Counted from the stretch's first letter, positions 36,818-47,240 are shown. The stretch: DNA of 64,000 nucleotides from Alphaproteobacteria bacterium TMED62 (GCA_002170595.1 NHDP01000016.1:5207-69206); one strand, 5' to 3'. Notes: generated by a model from the sequence alone, not told the origin. Translations and numbers: made by a program.

Positions 36818-38653
36818 TCACATGGGATTCTGATGCCAAAGTTTAGGTACATTATTAATTGTTTCTATGACTGTTTTAAAATCAAGGTTCAAAACTTCTA
36901 AATATTGAGCGATATTTTGGTATCTAGGTCTATTTTCTTCTTCAACTAATTTGAGGCCTTCTTGTCTTGACATTACTCCCTCCCTTATTTGATTACTTCT
37001 AAAAGTATCATGTTCGGTAAAACCAGCTATTGTATAATAAATATAATTATAGAAGCCAGCAGTACCATCGCCTATTCGCCAAGTAGTATTAGTGTCATCA
37101 GCTAACTCCCAATCATATTCCTTTATTAAGGTTTTGTTTATTAACCTTTCATTCCAACTCCAATAGTCATAAATATAATGATAATCTTGTTTTTTCTTAA
37201 AACTCCTATAATACTCCCCTGATAATGTATCCCAAATAGACATATTAAAATAAGAAGGATTGGCAACGAATGCTTTCGCTCTTAAATATTGATACTTGAT
37301 TTGTTTTATAACGCCATGTGAATATATTCTGTCCATATCAAAATCTGGCGGGTATCCTAAAAAGCCTGATTTAAAATGAGTAACTTCGAAAGGACTATAA
37401 CCCCATAAATTCAGCTTTATAGTGGTCTGTTTCTTTACTTCTTCTATATATTTATAGAAATGCTTATCTCCTGCTGTAAATAAATTTACCATTCCAAGAT
37501 GAGGGTTCTTGAGCCATGCTAATATATTTTTTCTAATGTTCTTTCTTTTAAATTGTATATCAGCAGAAACTATAATATTTTCAACTTTTAGTTTTGAACA
37601 AACTCTGCTTATATTTCTTCTACCTATATCTGACGTCATACCCCAATCATATGTAAAAGTAATAGGTTTCATATTCAATTCTTTAACTATTATGTGTAAT
37701 GCGTAGGAACTATCCCTTCCCCCAGAAAAAGGAACTATACAATCTTCTTTATTTTTCTTCCTGTAGTATTCTAGGATCTTAAAAAGTTCTTCTTTAGGTT
37801 TAAGCTTAGATTTTTTTTTGTGGTTCAAGCAGTAATTACATACGCCTTCTTCATTAAATTTAATGAAGGGGAATGTATGGGGTAATAAACATTTAGTGCA
37901 CCTTACCAATGTAGGAAAATCTTGAGCTAATAAATTTCTGTCAGTATCTAAAAAATTATTTTTAGGTACTAAGTTTATTCTATTTACTTTGAACTCTTTA
38001 ATAGTAATTGGTAATCTATCAGATTGAGGAATATTCAAAATTTTTAATTTATTATTTAATTTTTTTATTTTTTTACAATTTAAGGAGTGTAGGTGAAATT
38101 TTTCTGACGAAAAAATTATTAAATTTTTTTTCTCTCCATAATAAAGACTGCCGTGATTAGAACTTAAAATCAGCTTTCCTAATTTAGGGAGAGCTAAAGC
38201 TATTGAAAATGTGCCAAAACATTTATTGAAAAGTATATTTTTAATTTTATCTACATCAATATCCTTATTGCATATATATTTCTTAGTTAGTGCATGAAAT
38301 ATTTCAGTATCAAGATTACTTTTTCTTTTTATATTTTCATTTTTGAATATATTGCTATCATTTACTATTATTCCATTATGGAAAACACAAACTTCTCCTT
38401 CTGAATAAGGTTGATTTTCCATGTTGTCATTAGTTATTAATCTTCCTATTCCTAGAAAAACTTTTGAGTTTTTAAAATTTATTTTCTTAATAAGCTTAGT
38501 AATAGAAAAATCGGCCTTATTGATATTATAATGTTCATTATAATATAAAATACCACTTGAATCTTTTCCTCTTTTTTCTGCAAACTTTGATAATCTTTTA
38601 ATTATTTCCTCAGTGCCTTCTCCTTCACCTATAACACCAAAAATACCACACAT
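36818..38653 (-). CDS. Fusion: class-II (Ntn) glutamine amidotransferase domain + WbuX-type N-acetyl-sugar amidotransferase (PP-loop) domain
   Basis: Starts MCGIFGV (Cys2 nucleophile). The middle has CTKCLLPHTFP...GVCNYC and the PP-loop VPFSGGRDSS. The C-terminal half is collinear by eye with the 35019-36227 product. Confidence 0.75.
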   Translation of the reverse strand: MCGIFGVIGEGEGTEEIIKRLSKFAEKRGKDSSGILYYNEHYNINKADFSITKLIKKINFKNSKVFLGIGRLITNDNMENQPYSEGEVCVFHNGIIVNDSNIFKNENIKRKSNLDTEIFHALTKKYICNKDIDVDKIKNILFNKCFGTFSIALALPKLGKLILSSNHGSLYYGEKKNLIIFSSEKFHLHSLNCKKIKKLNNKLKILNIPQSDRLPITIKEFKVNRINLVPKNNFLDTDRNLLAQDFPTLVRCTKCLLPHTFPFIKFNEEGVCNYCLNHKKKSKLKPKEELFKILEYYRKKNKEDCIVPFSGGRDSSYALHIIVKELNMKPITFTYDWGMTSDIGRRNISRVCSKLKVENIIVSADIQFKRKNIRKNILAWLKNPHLGMVNLFTAGDKHFYKYIEEVKKQTTIKLNLWGYSPFEVTHFKSGFLGYPPDFDMDRIYSHGVIKQIKYQYLRAKAFVANPSYFNMSIWDTLSGEYYRSFKKKQDYHYIYDYWSWNERLINKTLIKEYDWELADDTNTTWRIGDGTAGFYNYIYYTIAGFTEHDTFRSNQIREGVMSRQEGLKLVEEENRPRYQNIAQYLEVLNLDFKTVIETINNVPKLWHQNPM

Positions 38654-38666
38654 ACATCCTCTAATT

Positions 38667-39890
38667 TTATTTTTTTACTAAAGCTTCCAAGATTTTTATT
38701 TCTTGATCTATACGTTCTTTCCAACTTCTCAAGAACCTCTTTTTATATTTTGCTAATTTATTTTTATAATAAATTATAGTATCAGGTGATTTCAATAAAA
38801 ACATTATTTTCTTAGCCAAATCATCTTCATCATTAACTTTATAATACAATACTGAGTCTTTTAAAAATTCATAAGTTTTAATATCAATAAGTTTTTCTTT
38901 CTGAGGTTTGGGAATAATCATACAGGCATCAGAGCTGATTGCTTCTAGATTAGTATTGATTAAATTACCATCAGTATTAGCAGAAACATAAATATCAGTA
39001 TTTAAATGGTATTTTAAGACATTTTTATGAGGAATACTTTTTAAAAATTTAAATTTTTTCCGAAAACCAGATTTCTCACATAGACTAATTACTTCTTTAA
39101 ACAAAGTACCATCCCCTATTATTATAATACTTATACGCTGTTGAGAGCTTTTTAACACTTTAATTATAGCTTTAATGAAAATTATTATTCCTTTATATTC
39201 TTCTAATCTACCAACAAATAAAATTTGCTTATTTTGCTCTACTTTTTTTTTAATACCTTTGTTATTTTTTACACCATTTAAAAGAACGTACCTAGAAACA
39301 TTTTTTTTTAAAACTTCATTGAACCAATATTCTATACCACTACCATCTTGAGTTCCAATAACAGTAGAGTAATGGCCTTTAAATGCAAACTTATAAATTT
39401 TATGAACAAATCTTTTACTTTTTAAAATCGACCTCCAAAATGAACAAACTCCTAAAACTCTGATAACTATAGGTAGATTTGGATATAATTTAGAAAGTAT
39501 AAAACCCACAATAATATTTGCAGAATCGCAATATATCAACTGTGGTTTATTACACTGAATATATTGAATTACTTTAATTAATTGTCTGAAGTCTCTTAGT
39601 ATCATTGCCACTTTTCTAGGTATAATTTTAGGAAAATAAAACACACCTGATAGAACTTTTATATTCGCGTCTAAATTTTTAATTTTTAAATCAACATCTT
39701 TATTTTTTTTCCAATTTGAGGTGTAGGTCTTTCCAGAGTCTTTTGCAGTAAATATAATTGATGTATCATGCGTTAAAGACAGTTTATTAATAAGGTTATA
39801 AATTGTAGGAACGCCTTCTGGGTTCCAAACTAAGTTTTTTAGACTCAATTCAAAACCAGAATAGAGTCTAGTAATTAATAGGCACTTCAT
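38667..39890 (-). CDS. GT4-family (GT-B) glycosyltransferase
   Basis: FVGRLEEYKG and the C-terminal EX7E-like region GNLINTNLEAISSDACMI. Confidence 0.7.
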   Translation of the reverse strand: MKCLLITRLYSGFELSLKNLVWNPEGVPTIYNLINKLSLTHDTSIIFTAKDSGKTYTSNWKKNKDVDLKIKNLDANIKVLSGVFYFPKIIPRKVAMILRDFRQLIKVIQYIQCNKPQLIYCDSANIIVGFILSKLYPNLPIVIRVLGVCSFWRSILKSKRFVHKIYKFAFKGHYSTVIGTQDGSGIEYWFNEVLKKNVSRYVLLNGVKNNKGIKKKVEQNKQILFVGRLEEYKGIIIFIKAIIKVLKSSQQRISIIIIGDGTLFKEVISLCEKSGFRKKFKFLKSIPHKNVLKYHLNTDIYVSANTDGNLINTNLEAISSDACMIIPKPQKEKLIDIKTYEFLKDSVLYYKVNDEDDLAKKIMFLLKSPDTIIYYKNKLAKYKKRFLRSWKERIDQEIKILEALVKK

Positions 39891-40203
39891 AATAGAATAT
39901 TAAATATTATAATTTTTTTTCATTAGTTGCTTTTTTAATTTATAAATATTCCTATAGGTTAGTTGCTAAAAAATCAATAATAAAGATAATGTATTTTTAA
40001 ATTATAAATTTAATTCATAAATATTGACTAAAGCTGAGCAATAATAATATTCTTATCTAATCTAACTTTAAAAGGTGAATAATTTATATTTCTACCCCCA
40101 AGGGTTTTCAATTTTAATTTTAGTTTAAGAAATTTATTTGAATTGACATATTTATGTTAACTTAGTTATCATAACATTATAACTTCATTTTATTAATTAT
40201 TAA

Positions 40204-41454
40204 ATGCTTTTTCATTATATAAAGGAACTTTACACAAAACTTAACACAGTTAGTAACGGAAGAATTTTTCTATTACTTAGTTTTGTAATAAGAATTATCG
40301 TAATACCGCTAACATATTTATTATGGATTATTGAACCTTTTAAGAAAGTTAGATTTCATAAGGGAGATATACGTAGAATAGGTCATCTGTCATGTACCTT
40401 TGAGGTGCTGATTAGATCAAAAGAAGTAAAAATCGATTCTAAAGATATATTAGAAATTTTTATAGTTGGAAAAAATGCTGCGGCTAATTTTACTCTTTAC
40501 AATATGTGGAGAAGAAAATTATTTTTTATAGAAAATAATACATTGAATTTTATTTATGCATTATGTGGTGTATGGTTGAAAAATAGAAAACATTTTGGAC
40601 CGTCAAATATTTTGCATGGATCTCTACCTTATTCAAAACCTTCAATTGAATTTACTGAAACTCAAATTTTAGAAGGTAAAAAAAAATCTCAAGAAATAGG
40701 AATTAAACAAAATGAATGGTTTGTTTGTTTACATAACAGAAGCCCTATTTATCTTGATGAAAAATTTCCAAAACACAAATGGGCATTTCACAATATAAGA
40801 GATTGCGACTTTAAAAATCTCTATCAAGCTGCTAATTTAATTAAAGAAAAAGGTGGAAAATGTGTAAGGATGAGTTCTGGAGAAAAAGAAAAACTAGATA
40901 AAGAAGCTCCAAGTAATATTATTGACTACGCTTATTATAATCAAACTGATTTTTTGGATATATATTTACTTGCAAAATGTAAATTTTTCTTAGGTCCCCA
41001 GAGTGGATTACTAAATGTTTCATTAATTTTTAATATTCCTGTAGCGGCTACTAATGTTATTCCCTTAGGATGTGCATATGTTCCAGTAAATAGTCTTTTT
41101 ATTCCAAAATTATTATGGTACAAGGAACAAAAAAGATTTTTATCTTATAAAGAGATATTAAATAGCAATTTGCAAAATAGCTTAAAGATATCAGATTTTC
41201 ACTCTTTAGGTATTGAAGTTATAGATAATGATCCAGATGACATAAGATTATTAACTCAAGATATGTTTGATTTATTAAGAAAAAAATCGTTATTTTGTAA
41301 AGATGATAAACTTGTGAATAATTTTATGGAAGAGTACTTTGAAGAAGGTAAATTTGTAAATGAATTTACTAGTAAACATAAGAAATTTGAATTTGCAGGA
41401 CAAATATCACGGAGATTTTTATTAAAGCATAGTTATTTAATGAATGATAAATAA
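40204..41454 (+). CDS. Uncharacterised 416-aa protein with an N-terminal membrane helix, possibly a glycosyltransferase
   Basis: Long ORF bounded by >300-bp spacers. Hydrophobic N-terminus (IFLLLSFVIRIIVIPLTYLLWII). C-terminal FLGPQSGLLNVSLIFNIPVAATN is reminiscent of a GT-B nucleotide-binding half. I cannot make a firm family call. Confidence 0.4.
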   Translation: MLFHYIKELYTKLNTVSNGRIFLLLSFVIRIIVIPLTYLLWIIEPFKKVRFHKGDIRRIGHLSCTFEVLIRSKEVKIDSKDILEIFIVGKNAAANFTLYNMWRRKLFFIENNTLNFIYALCGVWLKNRKHFGPSNILHGSLPYSKPSIEFTETQILEGKKKSQEIGIKQNEWFVCLHNRSPIYLDEKFPKHKWAFHNIRDCDFKNLYQAANLIKEKGGKCVRMSSGEKEKLDKEAPSNIIDYAYYNQTDFLDIYLLAKCKFFLGPQSGLLNVSLIFNIPVAATNVIPLGCAYVPVNSLFIPKLLWYKEQKRFLSYKEILNSNLQNSLKISDFHSLGIEVIDNDPDDIRLLTQDMFDLLRKKSLFCKDDKLVNNFMEEYFEEGKFVNEFTSKHKKFEFAGQISRRFLLKHSYLMNDK

Positions 41455-41786
41455 TTTATATAGTGGAAAATAATCTATTATTTTTTCCAATGTGAATTTC
41501 TATTATTTTAAAAATTTTTAACTTTGTAAAGTTTTTCTATTTTTAAAGTGAAAATAAAATAAAGGCTAAGATAATTTGAAAGCTTACATTTCTTAAATTG
41601 TATTAATGAATCTTTATCGTATTACTTCAAAAAAATAATAAATATAATTTAAATTAATAGCATTCTAAAAAACTAAATTAATTATTTTTTAATATCTTGT
41701 GGAGATGTTAAATTATATTACTATTATAATAATACTTATAAATTATTCAGAACAATAATTTTAATGTTAATTTAGATATATATCAT

Positions 41787-43415
41787 ATGATAAAAACAGT
41801 TTTTAATTCTGGAAAGTTAAAGCAATGGATCTGTTATAGAGGTCACAATTATATAATTTGGTTGGCAGGTTTAAATAGTGAAAAATATATTCAAAATATT
41901 TTGGAAATAATTGATAAAGTAAATAATATCAATTTAATTCTATGTAAGAAAATAATAAAAAATTTTGGTGATCATTTTGGTATAATTATTCAAACATTTG
42001 ATTGGACGTTTGCAGCCGTAGATTATTCAAGAGGATATCCAATATTTTGGAAGATAAGCAACGGTCAATTAAGTTTATCTTCACAAGCTAATTTTTTTAA
42101 AAACAAAGTAGTTAATAAGAAACAGTTAATTTCTTTCAGAATGTCAGGCTACACCACTAACGATAATACTTTGTGGAAAGGTATAAAAAGTTTAAAAGCA
42201 GGAAGTTATTTATTTTATAAGAATAAAAATACTTTTCATTGCAAAAAGTATTTTTCTTATCTACCAGTAAATACCAAAACATATACTTATAAAAATTATA
42301 TATCAAGACTAAGTAATCAGATAAATAATTTAATAAAAAAAATAATTAGAGAAGCTAATGGAAGGACTATAATTATTCCTTTATCTGCAGGATTAGACTC
42401 AAGATTAATAGCATCAGGATTAATGCACTTTAATTATAAAAATGTAAAATGTTTTTCATATGGTTTGAAAAATAACTATGAGGCTAGTGCCTCAAAAAAA
42501 ATATCAAGAAAACTTGGTTTTAAATGGGTATTTGTAGAAATAAATCATATTAAAGCCAATACTTTTTATAAATCTAAAAAATATAAAAATTATTTGAAAA
42601 ATAGTACGGACGGTTGTGCAACTTCAACTATTCAAGGATTATTTGCTATTAATGAATTAATTACTAGAAAATATATTACTAAGAAAGATATTATAATTAA
42701 TGGAAATTCAGGAGATTTCATAAGCGGTGGTCATATACCTAATAGTATTCCTAAATCAATTTTAGAGAAAAAAAACTTTAATATTTTATTAAAAAAAGTA
42801 ATTAATTTGCATTATGATAAACATTATTCATTATGGGAAAAGCTCAAAACAAATTATAATGAAAAAATAGTAAAAAAAGAACTTGAAACTCAACTAGGTA
42901 GAGAGTTAAAAAGAAAGAAAATGCCCTTATATGGTCTAATTGAGTATTTAGAATATGATAATAGACAAACAAAATATGTTGTTAATAGTCAAAGAATTTA
43001 TGATTTTTTTTGTATTGATTGGTTACTTCCTCTTTGGAGTAAGTCTTTTATAAAGTTTTGGGAAAAAGTTCCACTTGAATATAAATTAAATCAATTGCTT
43101 TATAGAGATACCCTCATAAGATTAAATTACGGTGGAGTATGGACGGAGGAATATAATTTTAAGAGTTATGTCGCTCCAAGCTGGATGATTTTCGTAAGGT
43201 TTTTTTTTAAAATGTTCTTTTTCTTTTTAGGAAAAGATAAATGGAGGATTTTTGAAAAAAAATATTTAAATTATTGGACAGAAAATATATGTGGTTTTAG
43301 TTCAATTAGCTTCTTTATTTATGCTAATAATAAAAATATAGCTAGAAATTATGTTTCTTATTATACACTTATTTCAGAAAAAATTAACTTAGGGCGTAGC
43401 TGGCAAGAAAAATAG
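41787..43415 (+). CDS. Asparagine-synthetase-like (PP-loop) amidoligase lacking the N-terminal catalytic Cys
   Basis: PP-loop IIPLSAGLDSRLIAS at about residue 195. The N-terminus is MIKTVF, not MCG. Confidence 0.6.
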   Translation: MIKTVFNSGKLKQWICYRGHNYIIWLAGLNSEKYIQNILEIIDKVNNINLILCKKIIKNFGDHFGIIIQTFDWTFAAVDYSRGYPIFWKISNGQLSLSSQANFFKNKVVNKKQLISFRMSGYTTNDNTLWKGIKSLKAGSYLFYKNKNTFHCKKYFSYLPVNTKTYTYKNYISRLSNQINNLIKKIIREANGRTIIIPLSAGLDSRLIASGLMHFNYKNVKCFSYGLKNNYEASASKKISRKLGFKWVFVEINHIKANTFYKSKKYKNYLKNSTDGCATSTIQGLFAINELITRKYITKKDIIINGNSGDFISGGHIPNSIPKSILEKKNFNILLKKVINLHYDKHYSLWEKLKTNYNEKIVKKELETQLGRELKRKKMPLYGLIEYLEYDNRQTKYVVNSQRIYDFFCIDWLLPLWSKSFIKFWEKVPLEYKLNQLLYRDTLIRLNYGGVWTEEYNFKSYVAPSWMIFVRFFFKMFFFFLGKDKWRIFEKKYLNYWTENICGFSSISFFIYANNKNIARNYVSYYTLISEKINLGRSWQEK

Positions 43416-43479
43416 GATTGAAACTTTTATATAATCTTAAATTATTTACTCACAATTAATAAATATGTTAAAGTAAAGT

Positions 43480-44388
43480 ATGTCTTGGAAGATTTTACAG
43501 TTTCAATATAGTCAAATTATAGAAAAAATAAGAGAAAAGAAAAACTTTTCTTCAGATTGGAAAAAATTCCAAGTATTATCAAATGAAATTAATAAAAATC
43601 CTCCCCTTGCTATATCGACATTACAGCAGTCTGTTGAGCAGATAGCAAAAATAAAGCCTAAAAATAAAATTAGAATATTTGATCATGGATGTGGAGCAGG
43701 TCTAAAAATCATTTACTTAGCTTGTATAGGTTACAAAAATATATATGGCGTTAATGTAAACTTTGATGTTTATCCTATAAATAAAATACTTAAGAGCAAA
43801 TTCAAATTATCAGAACAAAGATTCTTTCAAACTGAAGGGAAAAAAGTTCCATTTAAAAGTAACTTTTTTGATTTCATTATTAGCTGTCAAGTCTTAGAGC
43901 ATCTTAGAGAGGACGAAATTTACCATTATTATTCTGAAGAGGGAAGAGTTTTAAAAAAGAATGGATTAGTCTATCATGAAGTTCCTCATAAATTAATCCC
44001 TTATGAATCTCATACTAGGTTGTGGTTAATTCATCTTTTCCCAAATTTTTTAAAACCTCTACTATACGGTATATTTATATCTGTACAGAAGAAAAAAAAT
44101 TTGTTTTTTAAGGGAAGATATTATGCGGAACGTTATACTAAAAATTTCTTAATTCTCCGTATGCCTAATTTTCATAAAAAAATGCTAAAACGCTATATAG
44201 GTAACTTTAAAGATTTAACTCAAGATAGGTTATCTAGCCAATCAGACTTGTCTTCATATGATAGAGATAGCCCAATTAGGTTAAGAAAATTAATACAAAA
44301 GATATTTACAATACCTCTTTTAGGTAAGCTTGTTATTATTATATTTAAGAATTTTTTTATCTTACAGACATTAGCAAAAAAAAAATAA
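43480..44388 (+). CDS. Class I SAM-dependent methyltransferase
   Basis: Motif I IFDHGCGAGL and post-I/II pattern (FDFIISCQVLEHL). Confidence 0.65.
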   Translation: MSWKILQFQYSQIIEKIREKKNFSSDWKKFQVLSNEINKNPPLAISTLQQSVEQIAKIKPKNKIRIFDHGCGAGLKIIYLACIGYKNIYGVNVNFDVYPINKILKSKFKLSEQRFFQTEGKKVPFKSNFFDFIISCQVLEHLREDEIYHYYSEEGRVLKKNGLVYHEVPHKLIPYESHTRLWLIHLFPNFLKPLLYGIFISVQKKKNLFFKGRYYAERYTKNFLILRMPNFHKKMLKRYIGNFKDLTQDRLSSQSDLSSYDRDSPIRLRKLIQKIFTIPLLGKLVIIIFKNFFILQTLAKKK

Positions 44389-44530
44389 AAGATATTATAA
44401 ATTAACATATATTATTTTTTAAAATAATTAAGTAGAGAGTTTATTTATATTGAGTGTGTCTGGTGCAATAGGACAATGTTGCTGAAAATTAGAAAAGCAT
44501 CAAAATTTTTATAATATTTTTAAAGTTTTT

Positions 44531-45616
44531 TTAAAAAGGCCCTTTAAAACTGTTATTAGGTACATCTATTGGTGACGAATTCTTTTTTAGTAATTTGAGA
44601 ACTTTTTTAATTTTTAAAAGATCAATATTCAGGGATTTTCCTATTTCTATAATAATTTTTTCACTACTGGGGTAATGGCTCTTAATTGATCCTCTTGAGC
44701 TTGGTGTTGGTTTATCTGCCATACCAATTCTAATAGGAGGCTTTTTTAAATGAATAGCATCTCTACAAAATACCTGTGCTAAAATTTCAGATCCCACACC
44801 AAATAAAGTCCATCCTAAATCAACCGTCATTAAGTGTTTAGTTTTATTAATTGATTTAAAGACTTTATCAAGCTTTAAGGGTCTCAGAACTCTCAAATCT
44901 ATTATCTCTATAAAAATACCAATTTCTTCAAGATATTTTGCTGCAATTAATGCTTCTATAACCATATAACTTACACATAACACTGTAAAATGGTTACCTT
45001 TTTTTACAATTTTTGCACCAATTAAAGGCTCTGAGTAGTTTGAAGGGATAATATTATCTTTTAAATAATGACACCATCTATGTTCTATTACAATAACAGG
45101 ATTATTATCTCTTATAGCACTCAAAAACATTCCTTTTGCATCTCCTGGAAAAGTAGGAGCAATCACTTTTAATCCTGGAATATGAGAAAATATAGTTTCC
45201 AAACTTTGACTGTGGTTCGCTCCTTGTCCCCAACCTCTTCCAATTATTAATCTTATTACTAAAGGTACTTTAAGTTTTCCTTCACTCAAAAATGATGTTT
45301 TAGCAGCGTTATTAATAATTTGTTCTAGAGCTAATAATGCAAACTCCATTCTATGAAAACTTACTATTGGTTTCATGCCAGAAATTGCTGCTCCAATTGC
45401 TATACCTAATGCGCCATTTTCAGATGTTGGCATTTCTATTAATCGATTTTTAGGGATATTTTTTTCTAAATTTTTTAAAGTACCAAAAACTCCGGTTGGA
45501 TCTGTTAATCCTTGAGCAATGAAAATTATAGTTGGATCCAGTTTAGCTTCCGTGATCATTGCTTGATTTATAGCTTCAGCAAAAGTTGTTAAGATTTTCT
45601 TTTTAGGCATATACAT
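44531..45616 (-). CDS. 2-oxoacid dehydrogenase E1 component beta-subunit-like (transketolase Pyr + C-terminal domains)
   Basis: Typical E1-beta layout: AINQAM...DP.I...GLTDPTGVFG, MPTSENGALGIAIGAA, then a C-terminal domain. It overlaps the E1-alpha gene by 14 nt. Confidence 0.75.
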   Translation of the reverse strand: MYMPKKKILTTFAEAINQAMITEAKLDPTIIFIAQGLTDPTGVFGTLKNLEKNIPKNRLIEMPTSENGALGIAIGAAISGMKPIVSFHRMEFALLALEQIINNAAKTSFLSEGKLKVPLVIRLIIGRGWGQGANHSQSLETIFSHIPGLKVIAPTFPGDAKGMFLSAIRDNNPVIVIEHRWCHYLKDNIIPSNYSEPLIGAKIVKKGNHFTVLCVSYMVIEALIAAKYLEEIGIFIEIIDLRVLRPLKLDKVFKSINKTKHLMTVDLGWTLFGVGSEILAQVFCRDAIHLKKPPIRIGMADKPTPSSRGSIKSHYPSSEKIIIEIGKSLNIDLLKIKKVLKLLKKNSSPIDVPNNSFKGPF

Positions 45617-46583
45617 GTCTCCATGAGTCTTTTGATGAAGGCAATTTTGATTTTAATGCAAAGTTAAAAGCTATAATAATTTCTTTTTTGATTTGCTTCT
45701 CAATTTTAATCTTTTCTGATGGCCAGTACTTGCTTTTTTTAATTAAAATATTGTCTAGAGATTTAATTGCACACTTTTTTTTGATCCATTTATCATTTTC
45801 TGACTTATCTCTATAGTTTAGGTGATCATCATTCATAGGGCCACAATGTTCCTTCCATCTATATGTATCCAAAACTAAAAAAAAAGGAGCGGAATTTTTC
45901 TTTATATATTTTAAAGCTTCTTGAGTTCCATTGACAATTTGAGTCACATCTGAAGCATCTATTGTTTTGGATGCTATACTATGTGCAGAAGCAATTTTCT
46001 CTATATTTCTTTTTTTCGGTTGACGTTCATTTAAGTGAGTAAAAATTGAGTATTGGTTATTTTCACAGACAAACAAAACTTTTAAATTTTTTATTGAAGC
46101 AAAATTCATACATTCATGTAATATACCTTCTTCAATGGCAGCATCTCCAAAAAAACTTACAGAAATATTTTTCTTTTTTTTAATCTTTTCTGATAAGGCA
46201 TTCCCCACTGCTAATGGTATAGAGCTTCCTATAATAGGAATACTCGCCATGAAATTTACCGATAAATCTGATAAGTGCATAGACCCTCCTCTGCCTCCAA
46301 TACACCCAGTACTTTTTCCATAAATCTCACTTATCATAGATTTTAAATTACCGTTTTTAGCTAAATAGTGTGCGTGACTCCTGTGGCTACTATAAACTTT
46401 ATCACTTTTTTTTAAACAGTAAGAAACTCCAACTGCTGTGCTCTCTTGTCCTATAGATAGATGAACAGGACAACGCATTTCTTGTTCAGAATACCTTTTA
46501 GCTATTTCTTCTTCTACTAACCTAATTCTATACATACTAAAAAATAATTTTTTTAAATTGTTCATACTAATATTTTTCTCCAT
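45603..46583 (-). CDS. 2-oxoacid dehydrogenase E1 component alpha-subunit-like (ThDP-binding)
   Basis: ThDP motif FFGDAAIEEGILHECMNFASIKNLKVLFVCENNQYS, upstream GGRGGSMH. Confidence 0.75.
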   Translation of the reverse strand: MEKNISMNNLKKLFFSMYRIRLVEEEIAKRYSEQEMRCPVHLSIGQESTAVGVSYCLKKSDKVYSSHRSHAHYLAKNGNLKSMISEIYGKSTGCIGGRGGSMHLSDLSVNFMASIPIIGSSIPLAVGNALSEKIKKKKNISVSFFGDAAIEEGILHECMNFASIKNLKVLFVCENNQYSIFTHLNERQPKKRNIEKIASAHSIASKTIDASDVTQIVNGTQEALKYIKKNSAPFFLVLDTYRWKEHCGPMNDDHLNYRDKSENDKWIKKKCAIKSLDNILIKKSKYWPSEKIKIEKQIKKEIIIAFNFALKSKLPSSKDSWRHVYA

Positions 46584-46589
46584 AATTGT

Positions 46590-47240
46590 TTACTCCGTTA
46601 TTGTCCAATACCAGTCACCTTTATACCCTGCTTTATTAAATAGTTTGATCCATTCTTTTGGGTAACCATGACATTCGGCAGTTAAAACCCAATCTTCAAA
46701 TTTCTTTTTTTGTAAGTTGTTTAAATAACTATCTACCTGAATGAAATATGATTTTTTCCCTACTCGTATCATTTCTTTTAGTGCTAGTACAAAATCTTTT
46801 TTATTGAAATTATGAAGAGTATTTATAGAGACTACGCATTCAAATGTTTTGTCTGGAAATGGTAGTGAAATAGCTGAGCCTCTGTGAAGTCTGCCAAAGG
46901 TTTCCTTTTCAGAATTTTTGATAGCGTAATCTGATATATCAATGCCATAGCTATCAATACCTAAGCTTAACATTTCTTTAACTAAAAAACCTTTAGCACA
47001 GCCTATATCCAAAAATTTATCACTTTTTTTCAGTTTATAATGGGTATAAATATCATGAGCTACGGGTTTCCATCTACCATCATAGTAATATCCTCCATAA
47101 CCACAGGCTCTTGGTCCATCAAAAAATTCTTTTCCAAATTCTTTAGCTATTTTTATATTTTTGGATGATTTTTTTTTTTTTCTAATATTAATTTTCCTAT
47201 TAGACTTTGGCAAACATTTTAAAAGATTAATTTCAGCCAT
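46590..47240 (-). CDS. Class I SAM-dependent methyltransferase
   Basis: Motif I FLDIGCAKGF and VVSINTLHN. It carries a 13-nt A tract (47169-47181 on the + strand as T) that encodes a KKKK run. Confidence 0.65.
   Translation of the reverse strand: MAEINLLKCLPKSNRKINIRKKKKSSKNIKIAKEFGKEFFDGPRACGYGGYYYDGRWKPVAHDIYTHYKLKKSDKFLDIGCAKGFLVKEMLSLGIDSYGIDISDYAIKNSEKETFGRLHRGSAISLPFPDKTFECVVSINTLHNFNKKDFVLALKEMIRVGKKSYFIQVDSYLNNLQKKKFEDWVLTAECHGYPKEWIKLFNKAGYKGDWYWTITE

Noticed and set aside
41466-41492. The imperfect hairpin GGAAAATAAT-CT-ATTATTTTTTCC just after the 40204-41454 stop, considered as a terminator.
   Set aside because: The stem needs a 2-nt bulge and is almost all A/T, and no T-tract follows it. 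The support is too weak.
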